Of a stretch of 64,000 nucleotides of DNA, positions 1 through 12,004 are shown piece after piece. The notes under the pieces are model-generated. The model was not told the DNA's origin, did not search any database, and saw only the letters and a program-made list of their open reading frames with translations. How positions within the stretch are numbered: position 1 is the first letter of the stretch; each line of letters opens with the position of its first letter. Location: positions 13,206,001 through 13,270,000 of the forward strand of contig OZ059899.1 of NCBI GenBank assembly GCA_964057225.1. The letters are read 5' to 3'. The DNA is from Auanema rhodensis. Its lineage: Eukaryota > Animalia > Nematoda. The translations under genes were made by a program, and so were the position numbers.

Positions 1-468
1 TAACATAACTAATAATAGCTTTTAATCAGGACCATTCACAACCGATCCCTTCTGTGCACGTAAGCAAAATGATATATTGGAGACACTCCACGTCACGCAT
101 ACGTGTACAAGTGATGCTTCACGTGGAAAAAGCAGCACAAAGTTATAGAATATATGCAAAATACAATTATAATTAGAGAATTTTATTTAATTCTAATAGT
201 TTTTTTGTCGTAAAATATGAATAATATGCAGTTAATATACACAACAGTGTCAAAAAAATGTAATTATGTATATGTACATTGCAAAAAAAAACGAAAAAAA
301 AAAAGAAAAAAAGAAAAATACCAGTAATAATTGAAACTCGTTTGGAGAGAAAAACAACAACTACACAATAAAATATAATCAAAGACAAAAAAAATATAAT
401 TATGACATCGGAGATGTTGGAAGATAGTTATTTTGTATTTGTAAATTAAAAAATAGAATTGGCACCTT

Positions 469-2891
469 TCAATTCTCATCAAAATCATCACTTGGTCGGG
501 ATAAGGCAGGAATCAGAACTAATAAGACAGTAGTTATGCCTGTTGTGGCAATAAGAAATATCCAAAATAGTAGACGATCAATAACCTGGAAATTGAGCAG
601 AATTCAGTTTCTATCATATTAAAGTTTTTTTTGATGAAGTGACAAACCTGTGCAACTTGACGCCACTCATTGGCCATTTTTTCGCTATCATCTTCTTTCT
701 GTTGTCGTCGTATTAAGACCTGAAGATGTGTTTTATGAAGTATCATTCAAATAGTTAGAACCTGTAAAGTCTTGATAAGTTTATTCTGAACATCTTCAGC
801 GCTGCGCCGACGTCGCCTAGTTATGCCATTGCCTTCTACGATGACTTCAGTCTGACTGGGTACTTGTAATGATTCATCTCTACTCTACAAAGTATATTAT
901 ACAGTAAATTATGCTGAATATGAAATCAATTCAGTTTCGAAACAAACAAACCTTATGGTTCACATGATTTTTGGTTGCAACTTGGTTTCCACCGTTTAGA
1001 AGCAAATCTGGTCCCATTTCGTTGATCACTTCATTCTTCATATCATCCATTGCTACTCGAACAGATTTTCGTCTCATAATACTGCCTCCATTGGGACAAT
1101 ATATGGAGTTGATGTTTGTTGTTTCGTCTAAGAAAAAATAAATTGATTCTCATGAAAATGTTTGAAATTCTCACTTGGAGCTGGTAACTTCATACGCAAA
1201 ATGCTCCTAAGACGATCAAGAATCATTACACGAACCCAATACGGTATAGGCTCATTGAAAGGTCCACGGTGATGGAAGTTAAGAACCTGTAATACATGTT
1301 ATACTTCATATCCATAACTTTGATGATTTCCTAACCAGAACAGTCATTACAACTGACACGGAAGTCATTCCCATTACCACTGTCAGATAAATTCCAATTA
1401 ATGGCATAGAATCTGATGTTTCAGGCATTTTCTCTGCTATAGCTAATACAAACACCTAAACGTTGTTATAATTGGTTTTGCTGTCAAAGTGTTCTGTTTG
1501 AACTCACGGAAAATGCAAGCAACACAGTAATGCCTAAGGCAATTTTTTCTCCAGAATCAGGCGGCAACATGAAAACTGAAATATGAACTTTCTTTTTCAA
1601 TATTTTCTAAGAAAAACAAACCTAGTAAAGTTAAAACAGACATCATTAAGCATGGAAAAACGATATTATACAAGTAAAATAAGGTTTTTCTTCGGATATG
1701 GATAAAAAATGTTATGTCCGGGTATGGCTCTGGACAACACGTGTACTTCACTACGCGACGCTTCTGAGAGACCTTGAAGCAGAGAAAACTAATTAGTTAT
1801 AAACTTCATTGAAAGCATACTCGAACAAGCTCAAATTCCCCAGATGGCACATAATTTGTCAAATCGATATTGTCACTTCGATTTGTGATATCAACTTGAA
1901 ATCCATGATATGTCCATGAGCCAAACTTCAAAAAGCACTTTTGCTCATCAAAGGGAAATAAGGAAACATCAACTGAAAATACTTTCGAAATTACAATAGA
2001 GCCTACGGTGAAATCATGTTTTGAAGTCTAAACTGCTTTTGAATTTCAAATGTTGAAAGGTAATTATTATGTGAGTAACAAGCTGCCAACCTTTACATGT
2101 ACTTCGTAGTTGAGTAGGTGGCGGCCAGAACACAGTACCTGTATGCAGCACCATAGCACGCGATCGCATATAGCCAGCTGTATAGTCATCAGCACTTAAA
2201 TATAATTAAAATAATATATTTGAAAAAAAAAAGAAAAAAAAACCGCAACAGAAGCAACAGATAGATAAAAACATTGCCAGCATGAGCATGAACATCGTGC
2301 AAAGTTTTTTTTCCGTTTGACTTACTTATTATAGAGAACAATGTCGGGCAACCAAATGAGATCACATGGAATTCGTAAAGATTCAATTCCACCAAAATCT
2401 TCTGGATTCCATCGCAACAACTCATCGTTCCACTCCTTGAAGAATAGATATTGATAGTCAAAAACTTGGTTGAGTACCTGATCAAGCCAAACATTAATGG
2501 TTAATACTTGATTTCTCTCGTCCATATCAAAAATATTTGTCATAGTCATGCCTAATCTAACTGTGATGGTGGCTGAAGCATTTCGTACTGGCCGTACAGC
2601 TTTTTCATAATTTCTCAGCAGATGATATAATAGTCTGAAAAGGAGATAGAAAACAATAGTTTTCTTTTTGTTCAAAAGAAATGCTCAAAAAAAAAAGAAA
2701 ATGTTTTGTCGGAACTTATTTTCCTCCGGAAATTCTACTAACCGCTGCTCTTCTGTCCAACGTTCCTCATCCGATGTGCCATTACTACTGATATACGAAT
2801 GATTAGCTGATAACCAATCGTCGGCTAATTGGTGAGGAAATGAAGTTGAAATAGGAATAAGAATAGAAATAATACATATAATATTCTTCAT
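469..2891 (-). CDS. Nicotinic acetylcholine receptor alpha subunit (Cys-loop cation channel), ACR-26-like; multi-exon
   Basis: Signal peptide [17 protein letters not shown] from ATG 2891. Spliced exons give [22 protein letters not shown], the Cys-loop [21 protein letters not shown] and loop C with vicinal cysteines ([11 protein letters not shown]), which defines an alpha subunit. M2 region [19 protein letters not shown] has the cation-selective GEK; M4 is preceded by [18 protein letters not shown]; TGA at 471-469. Subfamily assignment is from memory only. Confidence 0.95.
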
Positions 2892-3205
2892 CAGCTGGAT
2901 AAATGCAAGAAATAAGGACAATCAATAACTGAAAGCAGAAAAATTGGTAAATAAGTTTGAAGATGTTTGAAAAAAAAGAAATAAAGAGAGAAAACAAGAT
3001 ATTGTGAGAATACTATGATTTCAATGGACTTTCAGCCGAGAAAAAGGCTGAAAATTTGGGCAGAAAAAAATTGAAAATAATTCGAATATGATTTTTGAAG
3101 AGAGAATGTGACAAAAACATAAGAGAATATAAAGAAAAAGGGAAAGGTTTTTCCTAATAGACTACTTAGGAGGAGACAATAAAGTCAAAAAAATACTAAA
3201 AGAGA

Positions 3206-3246
3206 TAGAGAAAGATAGAGAGACTGAGGGAGAGAGAGAGAGAGAA
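3206..3246. repeat. Imperfect (GA)n microsatellite
   Basis: agagaaagatagagagactgagggagagagagagagagaga visible in sequence. Confidence 0.7.
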
Positions 3247-4452
3247 AATTATGCAAAAATGGAGATGAAAAGAAATGAGTAGAGGAACAGAAGTCAAAAG
3301 AATGTGCCAAAAGAGCCGAATAGGGTGATCGCTTTTAACTTGTTCAGCTTTTGTCCAGAGAAAGTCTGGTCGATTTGCTTTCTTAAATGTTTGACAATGG
3401 TCAATGCACTTCATTCCATTTATGGAAGCCAGAGAAGCGTGAAGTTTGAAAGAAAAATAAATGGCGAAATGGCAACAAGCTACCTTGAAGCACTGAAAGA
3501 AAGAATTAAATTTACAATTTGATGATATTGGTCCGGAAAAGGCCGATGTTACAACTGGATGGAAGCTTACTTGGAATTCTAAGCGAGTTGAGTTACAAGC
3601 TTGAAGCTTGAAGCTGATGACTAATAAGCATGCTCAAACCTTTTTCTGATTCTTTATTGTCATAGCAGTTCAGGCAAAAAAATTATGTAACGTAGATCAT
3701 ATTCTCTTACTTCTCAAACACTCCTCCCCCTGTTGCGTTCTTTTTTCGTCTTCCTCAGCTCTCTCTTTCATGCTTTTATTTTCTATCTTTCTATAATCTT
3801 TTTCTTCTCATATCCTCAGTTTGAGCATTTCTCTAGCTGCTACTTCTTCTTCTTCTTCCCCTTCCTCTTCTTTTTCTGCAACTCCTACTTCTTCTTCTTC
3901 TTGGTCTTTCACGGTGGGTACCAAACATCGAAACAAAAACATTCCGAAATAAGACTAAATTGCACACCGGACACTAACGAAGAAGAATAGAATAATTTGA
4001 ACTAAAAAAAATTACAAAGGAATGCTAATCAGAAATACATATGAAACCATAAGTCTGACTTTTCAAAAAAATATCCACTACGTGTTCATCTGGAATGAAG
4101 CTGTTGTAATGAGATTCAGTAGAGCTACAAGTTGAGTTGCCTATCCATATACTCAGCCTTGTATTAGCACATCTCATTAATACAAATTCTTTCTAATACA
4201 ATCGGATTTCAAAAAAACGAATTTATCCCGTACGATAATCGTGCGAGTAATCTGGCGAATTCAAACATTGTTGCGGCCACGTCATCGTGAGAAATCTCGC
4301 ATCCTTCTTCCTATTCTTGCATTTCTTCTCTTACACTGTTTTGAACTAATTCTCTCGTGAGCTCTCAATGAATCTCTTGAATTCCTTCTGAGTACGTGTT
4401 CTCACATTTTATTTCATTTTCTTCATCTCTTCCTTCTTTTTCTCACTTTCCT

Positions 4453-4482
4453 CCTCCTACTCCTACTCCTACTCCTACTCCT
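4453..4482. repeat. (CCTACT)n hexamer tandem repeat
   Basis: cctcctactcctactcctactcctactcct, about 4-5 units. Confidence 0.85.
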
Positions 4483-4874
4483 TGACTACCAGCTTTTCTC
4501 TTATTCACGAACATCAGCCAGTTCGGAAGCTGATGCTTTCTGAACTCAATTAAACAGGCCTTGTCCTCAAACTCTAATCATGACAGAAGAATCATTCGTT
4601 TCAAAGAAGAATGACAAGATGTTTGATGTCATCATGTACATTCACATCATCTGAAACATTTCATCTTTAAAACTATATTGATGTATTACTATACATGCAT
4701 AATGTATATAGTACATAAGCTTGAAATTCAACAGTAATCAGCAAAAAACAACTTTCAAAAACCTTATTTTCAGCTCTTCAAAACAAGAACTAAACGGTTC
4801 ACTTCACTTTCACAGAAACACGACACATTGAATTAGAGGATGGTGATGCTGTTGCTCGGAATCAAATTCCGTGC

Positions 4875-4924
4875 TCATCATCAACATCATCATCAACATC
4901 ATCATCATCATCATCATCATCATC

Positions 4925-4959
<35 letters not shown>
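4875..4959. repeat. (CAT)n trinucleotide microsatellite, about 28 units with few variants
   Basis: Long catcatcat run with occasional CAA/CTT variant units. Confidence 0.95.
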
Positions 4960-5294
4960 TATCGCCATTATTCCTCTGCTTTTTAGGTTTTATTACCAAA
5001 ATTGTTGATGTTTTTTGCTTTTTCAAAGCAAACGATGATAAAGATGATATGTTACAATTGCAAAAAAAAAGAAAACAATACTAGACAGATATTTGAAAAG
5101 AAAAAAAAAAGGTTTGTAGCAAATATACATGAATAGATAGATAGTTGATGGTAAACCAGCTGTTTCGGATTTCCATAAAAATGAAAAACAATGAGGCCGT
5201 GAAGTAAACTGAAACTTAAATCAGAGTTTGGTCACTTTGAAGTATAATAAAAGTGAAATAGCCGAAGTTCTCGATGAAAAATTGACGAGTAAGG

Positions 5295-5326
5295 GAGAGA
5301 GAGAGAGAGAGAGAGATAGAGAGAGA
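5295..5326. repeat. (GA)n microsatellite
   Basis: gagagagagagagagagagagatagagagaga. Confidence 0.9.
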
Positions 5327-7828
5327 GGGGTGGGGTGAGGGAGTAAGTTGAATACTAGTAGTAGGAGTAGTAATAGTAATAGTGTAGTTAAATATAGAAA
5401 AAACGCTTAGTCGATAAAACCTCTTGAAAATTAATTTTTTTATCTCTGATAGTTAAAAAGGAAAAAAGCTAAACGATTCCAACCTGATTCCATATAAACT
5501 TATTGAATACAGAGAGTTCGAAAAAAGACAGAAACAAAGCAAAATATCAGTACATGAAGAGAAAACAAAAAAAGAGAGTGAGGAAGGAGTGGGAAGGTTA
5601 TGAAGAGATGAAGCATGAGGAAAAGGGGAGGAAGAAGAGGAGGAGTAGAACAAAGAGGTAGATAGTTGGTAAATATCATATGTTTATTTACATCAATAGA
5701 TATATGAATATTTCTTTCTTTGCAGAAATATTTTAAAAAATGATGAAACTAAGTATTCTGAAGTATATGATGTTGATTATTATGAGATGACGGGAATAAC
5801 GTTTTCTGAATAGTATGAGAAGAAGCTCATGAGGAACATCTGATACTAGCCAACGACAACTCAGCAACAAATAATTTTAACTTTCAAATCTACAAGACAT
5901 CTAGTATAGTGGCAGAAAAATTTTAATTTACAATAACATAAGAAAAGCAATATTAATAAACAGACTGAAAGGTATGGTTGCTCTAGCTACCTGCAGCCTT
6001 GGAGCAGGCTCACCGAGCAACTTGGTTTATTTCATCTGGAGCAAAAGCAGAAAACGGTTGTTTTATCTTTTTCTACTCTTATCGTTCATCCGTCTATTCC
6101 TCGTCGTTTTATATTTCTCTGTTTCTACCAGTCTTTCCTTTTCTCTCTTTATCTACTTCTCTATCTTTCTCTCTTATTAGATATCTCTATAATCAATTAA
6201 AACTATATAATATATGGTTAGTACGCAGTTATATTTCCATAATAGTTAATATATCAAAATATTATTTCCTTCTAAGCAAAGTTTAAGAAAACAAATGTTT
6301 CAACTTCGCTAGAAAAAGATGAGAAATGAAAAAGATGAACTTTTCAATTGGAAGATGCAAGTCTAAGCTTCGATAAGACTGGAACACAGAATTTCGCACG
6401 TCGTCTGCCCATTATCCTAGGATTTGTGGATCAGCTATTTGACAATTCATTGTGATTTGCTTCGGACATCGGAAGCAGTAAAGACTATCTTAAGAACAAT
6501 AAATGTACGAGAAAGCACTTAAACGGCATCACAAAATGAAATGGTTAAGGTTATTTTGAAGAAAAACGAAGAACAATGAGATAGGTTAAGTAGGAACACT
6601 TCACGAAACGCTGATTCAAGAATTCATACAAATCCGAATACGATGCATGTGAATAAGGTGAGAGAAGCCATGATCAAATGAACTAACATATATACTATAT
6701 GTATATATAGGTTTACTTAAGTTTCTTTTGAAATTTAGAAAAGTGCTATGAATAAAATATATCTTTGAAAAGCATTTGAATATGAAATTATAAAGAATTA
6801 TAAGTTTTTCTATATAAGTATATACATATATATATATATACAGCTAGACTTGAGAAATAAAGAAATCAAAGAAAATTTATAAACGACACAGACATCAAGA
6901 AAGAAAGAAAAGAGAGAGAGAGAAAAAGACAGAGAGATAAAGAGATAAAGAAAGAGGGACAAAAGTAAAGACACTTCTTTCTATTTTTCACAAAAATAGT
7001 GAAGTAATCAGACTTGCATGCGATCAGTCGCTTTTCAAATTCATAAACATCATCTCAAATAATAAGAAATCCTATACACTTTATAAAGGATTTTAAGTGG
7101 CAAAGTGCCACTGAACTTACCGCTCAAACACTCTGTCAACTATAAATTAAGTTTAAACTTCTTACAAACTTGTTTTAATCTTAAGGAGAGCTAAAGAAAA
7201 TCAGAAAGCTTAGTTATCTGAACTCTTAGCAATCTGACCAAATAGAACGATTGTTCTGAAAATCTTGAAAAGACAAAAAATAATAAAAAATTCTTTTCAC
7301 TGCTAGATCATATACATAAAATGTGAAACAAAGTCAAAAGAAACATTGCAGTAGCAGATTTGAATGAATTATTGATATATTAAGGAAGCATTCAGACACT
7401 TTATCCAAATGTTAACGACCATAATTTTTAAAAACAGGTGGAGAAACCTGGCTTCTCCGTAGTTTCTTTGATTCGTGTATTTTGAACTCGTTGAAAAGAC
7501 AAAAATTGCATAAAACAATCAAGATTAAAGATAAATACCACAATAACATCTAATTGGTTACAATGTATTTATGTGAATATGTAGGAAAGCTAATAAAACT
7601 TTTACAATGAATACGAGTAATTTAAAGTCCTTTTAATTTTTTAAAGAATAATAATACTAGAAATGTTATTAGCAATCAAGAATCCAACCCCCATTTACCC
7701 AGAAACGGAACGTATTAAACATAGGCCTGAGAAATAAATGAACATCTGAATAGAATGTTTAAGCTTTTGGGCTCAATTAAAAATTTTTATGAAAACGCGC
7801 ATATTTTGCCAATTTCTATTTGGTTTCA

Positions 7829-7858
7829 CTGCTGCTGCTGCTGCTGCTGCTACTGCTA
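7829..7858. repeat. (GCT)n trinucleotide repeat in the probable use-1 3' UTR
   Basis: ctgctgctgctgctgctgctgctactgcta, about 80 nt downstream of the use-1 stop. Confidence 0.85.
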
Positions 7859-7935
7859 GTATTCTCAGTCCTATTATGTACAAACGTGATAATAAAAAGA
7901 GTATTAAGAAAAAAATAATAATCAATTGAAAACTC

Positions 7936-8976
7936 TTATGATGTGACCCGCTTTGGAAAAATTTTCATAACGATAACCATGCAGATAAATGACCAGAAGA
8001 TGAATAAGGCTAAGAAAACTAATAAACAATCAAAACCACACTTATAAGCATGTTTCGATAATCTTTCTCCTTCCACACTCAGTTTATCTTTATTTAATTC
8101 CACTTGGGAGGACATTGATGTTAACCTCTGAAATCAGTATTATTGTTAAGTTACATACAAGGAACAACAGGGAACAACTTTAAAAACTACACACCTTGTT
8201 GTCATCTTTGATGATATTTCCTGCCGCTTTCATATTGTCTTTCAGTGAGCGGGTCAGCGTTAGCAAATTATCAGCAAGCTCTTCCTGGACTTTCTCTTGA
8301 AAAGCGAGGTCTTGATCTGCAGCTGTAAAGGAGGTAATATAACCTGCATTTAAACTATTCATCAAAACAACCTTCATGTTTCCGTCTATTATCAGCTCCC
8401 AAAAGTTGTTGTCTTAAATCTGCGCGGTAACAAGCTCGATTGCGAGCACGAACTCCCGCGGCAGATTCTGCGACTATTGGAGCGGCAGATGCAGCTTAAA
8501 CTATTTGTATGTGAAGTAAAAAACATTGCGTTTACTTTCAATCTCCTTTTCCGATTCAGCAAAAATTCGAGGGTATAGTTTAGGAATTTTCTCCAAGTGT
8601 TCAAGTTTTTCAGCTGCTGTTTTCTAAAAAAATATATAAAACAAACCAAAAACACATAAATTAACCTTCTGCTCAGCTTCAACTAGCATAGACAATTGGT
8701 TAACTTCTCTAGCGTATTGTAGTAGCGCATCCGTACTATGAGAACTAAAACGTGAGCTATACAAAGCTGAACTATACACAATCCAAATGACAACCTTTTT
8801 TGGTCCTGTAGTTGAGACAAGTATGATGTGAGAATACGAATAGCAGCACGGAGTTCAAAGATGTTTGTTGAAATATCAGTTCTGCACTTTGTTTTACAGC
8901 ATTCCAACAAACGAATAAAGCAAAGTTCTGTCTCTCCCTTACGCATCTGTGAAGACCCTTTTTCAAATCCCCACAT
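7936..8976 (-). CDS. use-1: Vesicle transport SNARE USE1; multi-exon
   Basis: N-terminal ETELCFIRLLECC; SNARE coil QEKVQEELADNLLTLTRSLKDNMKAAGNIIKDDNK...VELNKDKLSVEGERLSKHAYK; C-terminal anchor CGFDCLLVFLALFIFWSFICMVIVMKIFPK; TAA at 7938-7936; ATG 2 nt after a TTAG acceptor. Confidence 0.85.
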
Positions 8977-9165
8977 TGCTAAGAAAGAAATATTCGATGT
9001 AGTTCATACTATTGATAATATATATAACAACACGTGATAATGATGATGATTTTATTGAGAAAATTAAATAAATACACTCGTTTCTTGATACTCGATTACG
9101 AGTTAACAAAAGATCACTGGTATTACGGTGACAGAAATAAACAGTCGTGTTGAAAAATAAATTAT

Positions 9166-10280
<1,115 letters not shown>

Positions 10281-10954
10281 TTTAGGATGAGTTCAGTAGA
10301 TTTATTACTGATCTGTAACAAAGAATTTTATTTATATATAAAATAAAAACAAATAACTAACGATATAAAAAACAAGACACCAGAGATAGTATATGTAATC
10401 TTTTTTCAAATTCAAGTCATGATGACTATAACGGCGTAAACAGCGTGCAATCGCATCGTTCGAGCATATTTACTGAAGTGACCGCCAAATTATTACTTTG
10501 GTGCAATGTTAAACGATTAATATACAAAATTATTAAAATTCTACTGCGTAATAGTAACAGGAAATATTTTTTAGAATAAAAATAAAATTATTTAATTGCT
10601 TTGTCATATTAAAACTAAAAATATTTTCTTTGAATTGTCATTTCGATTTTTTTTAAAGAATAGGCGAGGTAATAATCGTCTACCAATAGTAAATCAATGA
10701 ATTATCGATGCTTTGAAACTTAAAAGATGAAATTTCTTCGAATAAGCCTTATAATAGCTCCCTGTTGTGACATTATGAATTGCTTCATCGTTTAAGCATG
10801 GATCTGTTTTGCTGCTCATTCCCAAAGTCGAATATTTTTGAACTGATCGTGAGAAAGATGTTCTCCATCGAATCTGTTCTTAATATGTGCAGAAAATTCT
10901 TATCGAAGTCTGAGAGCAAATCAGTGAATGATTAGAGGCGGCCCGAATGTATTC

Positions 10955-10962
10955 TATATAAA
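10955..10962 (+). promoter_or_regulatory. TATA box of the CUB gene
   Basis: TATATAAA about 50 nt upstream of the ATG at 11009. Confidence 0.5.
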
Positions 10963-11008
10963 TGATTTATTGTGTTGTTCCGTCTGTAGACAAAGAAATC
11001 TGACAGAG

Positions 11009-12004
11009 ATGTTATTCAAAATATTTGTTGTTGTTTTTGCTCTGGTTATGACTTCAGGTAATCCACTTCATTACGATAACTCAAAATTTTAAAAATTGTT
11101 TAGTCAGTTCCTTTTTAATATTGTCGAAATCATCTGCAGACAACTCTGGATGTAATAGTCACGATATCAAGATGCCTGGTTTTGTAAGTTACTACCATTC
11201 ATGCTAACATTTGTGAGATCAATATAATAAGAAGCATAAAAAAAACGAAAAGTAAGAATGACGAAAACTAGATTAGAAAAATGAATGTGAATGCAACCGC
11301 TAACTATGAGTAAAATATTGGAATAAATTAAACTTTTACGTGAACTATTTCACGGAAAACGATATATTATGCTAATAGTGATTTTTCATTAATTATGAAT
11401 ACTATTTATGTTTGTTGCAGTTAACATCACCCAGATATCCTCATAACTACTTAGTGTCCACAAGTTGTGTTTACTCTTTGCATGCTCCAGCAGAAAGAAG
11501 GTGAGATTTTCAAAATTTTCCGAAATATTAACTATATTTAATGTTCTTTTCAAATACATGAAAGAATATCACAAGACAAATTATGAAGTGATATTTCTGT
11601 AATCAGAGATGATAATCCGCTTTGTTTCATGCTGAAGAAATTACAGTAATATAGCATGACTCTTATCACTTTGTGCTATACAAAATACATTTTTTTCATT
11701 TTTCACTCATAGATTGAATAATTTAATTTTTTTAGAGTTTATGTAAATTTTGGAGAAATCGAAACGGAAGATTGTTGTGATTATGTTGAAGTATTTGATG
11801 GATCAGATACAAAAGCTCGACGTATAGATCGGTACAGTTGTTCCTCTTGATTATGATTTTATTCTGGTGACTTTCAGATTTTCTGGAAGCTATTTGGCAC
11901 ATCAGAAAAAGTACGTATCATCAGGACCATCATTAACAATACGTTTCTATTCCGATATGACAATCACGTATACGGGATTCTTTGCTAATGTAACATATCA
12001 TTAA
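11009..12004 (+). CDS. Small secreted single CUB-domain protein (~140 aa, 5 exons; absent from the ORF track)
   Basis: Signal peptide MLFKIFVVVFALVMTSVSS; CUB motifs GFLTSPRYPHNY...CVYSL, ETEDCCDYVEVFDG, FSG, SSGPSLTIRFYSD...GFFA; all junctions GT-AG and in frame; TAA 12002-12004. Confidence 0.9.

Noticed and set aside
3000-7900. Several 60-95 aa Phe/Ser/Leu-rich ORFs
   Set aside because: Translations of pyrimidine-rich and microsatellite non-coding DNA, with no splice or domain support
10419-10477. ATGATGA...CTGA resembling a C/D box snoRNA
   Set aside because: Short, non-canonical terminal stem, no rRNA-complementary guide recognised, and it lies in the pas-3 promoter; the similar pair at 12480-12552 fails likewise
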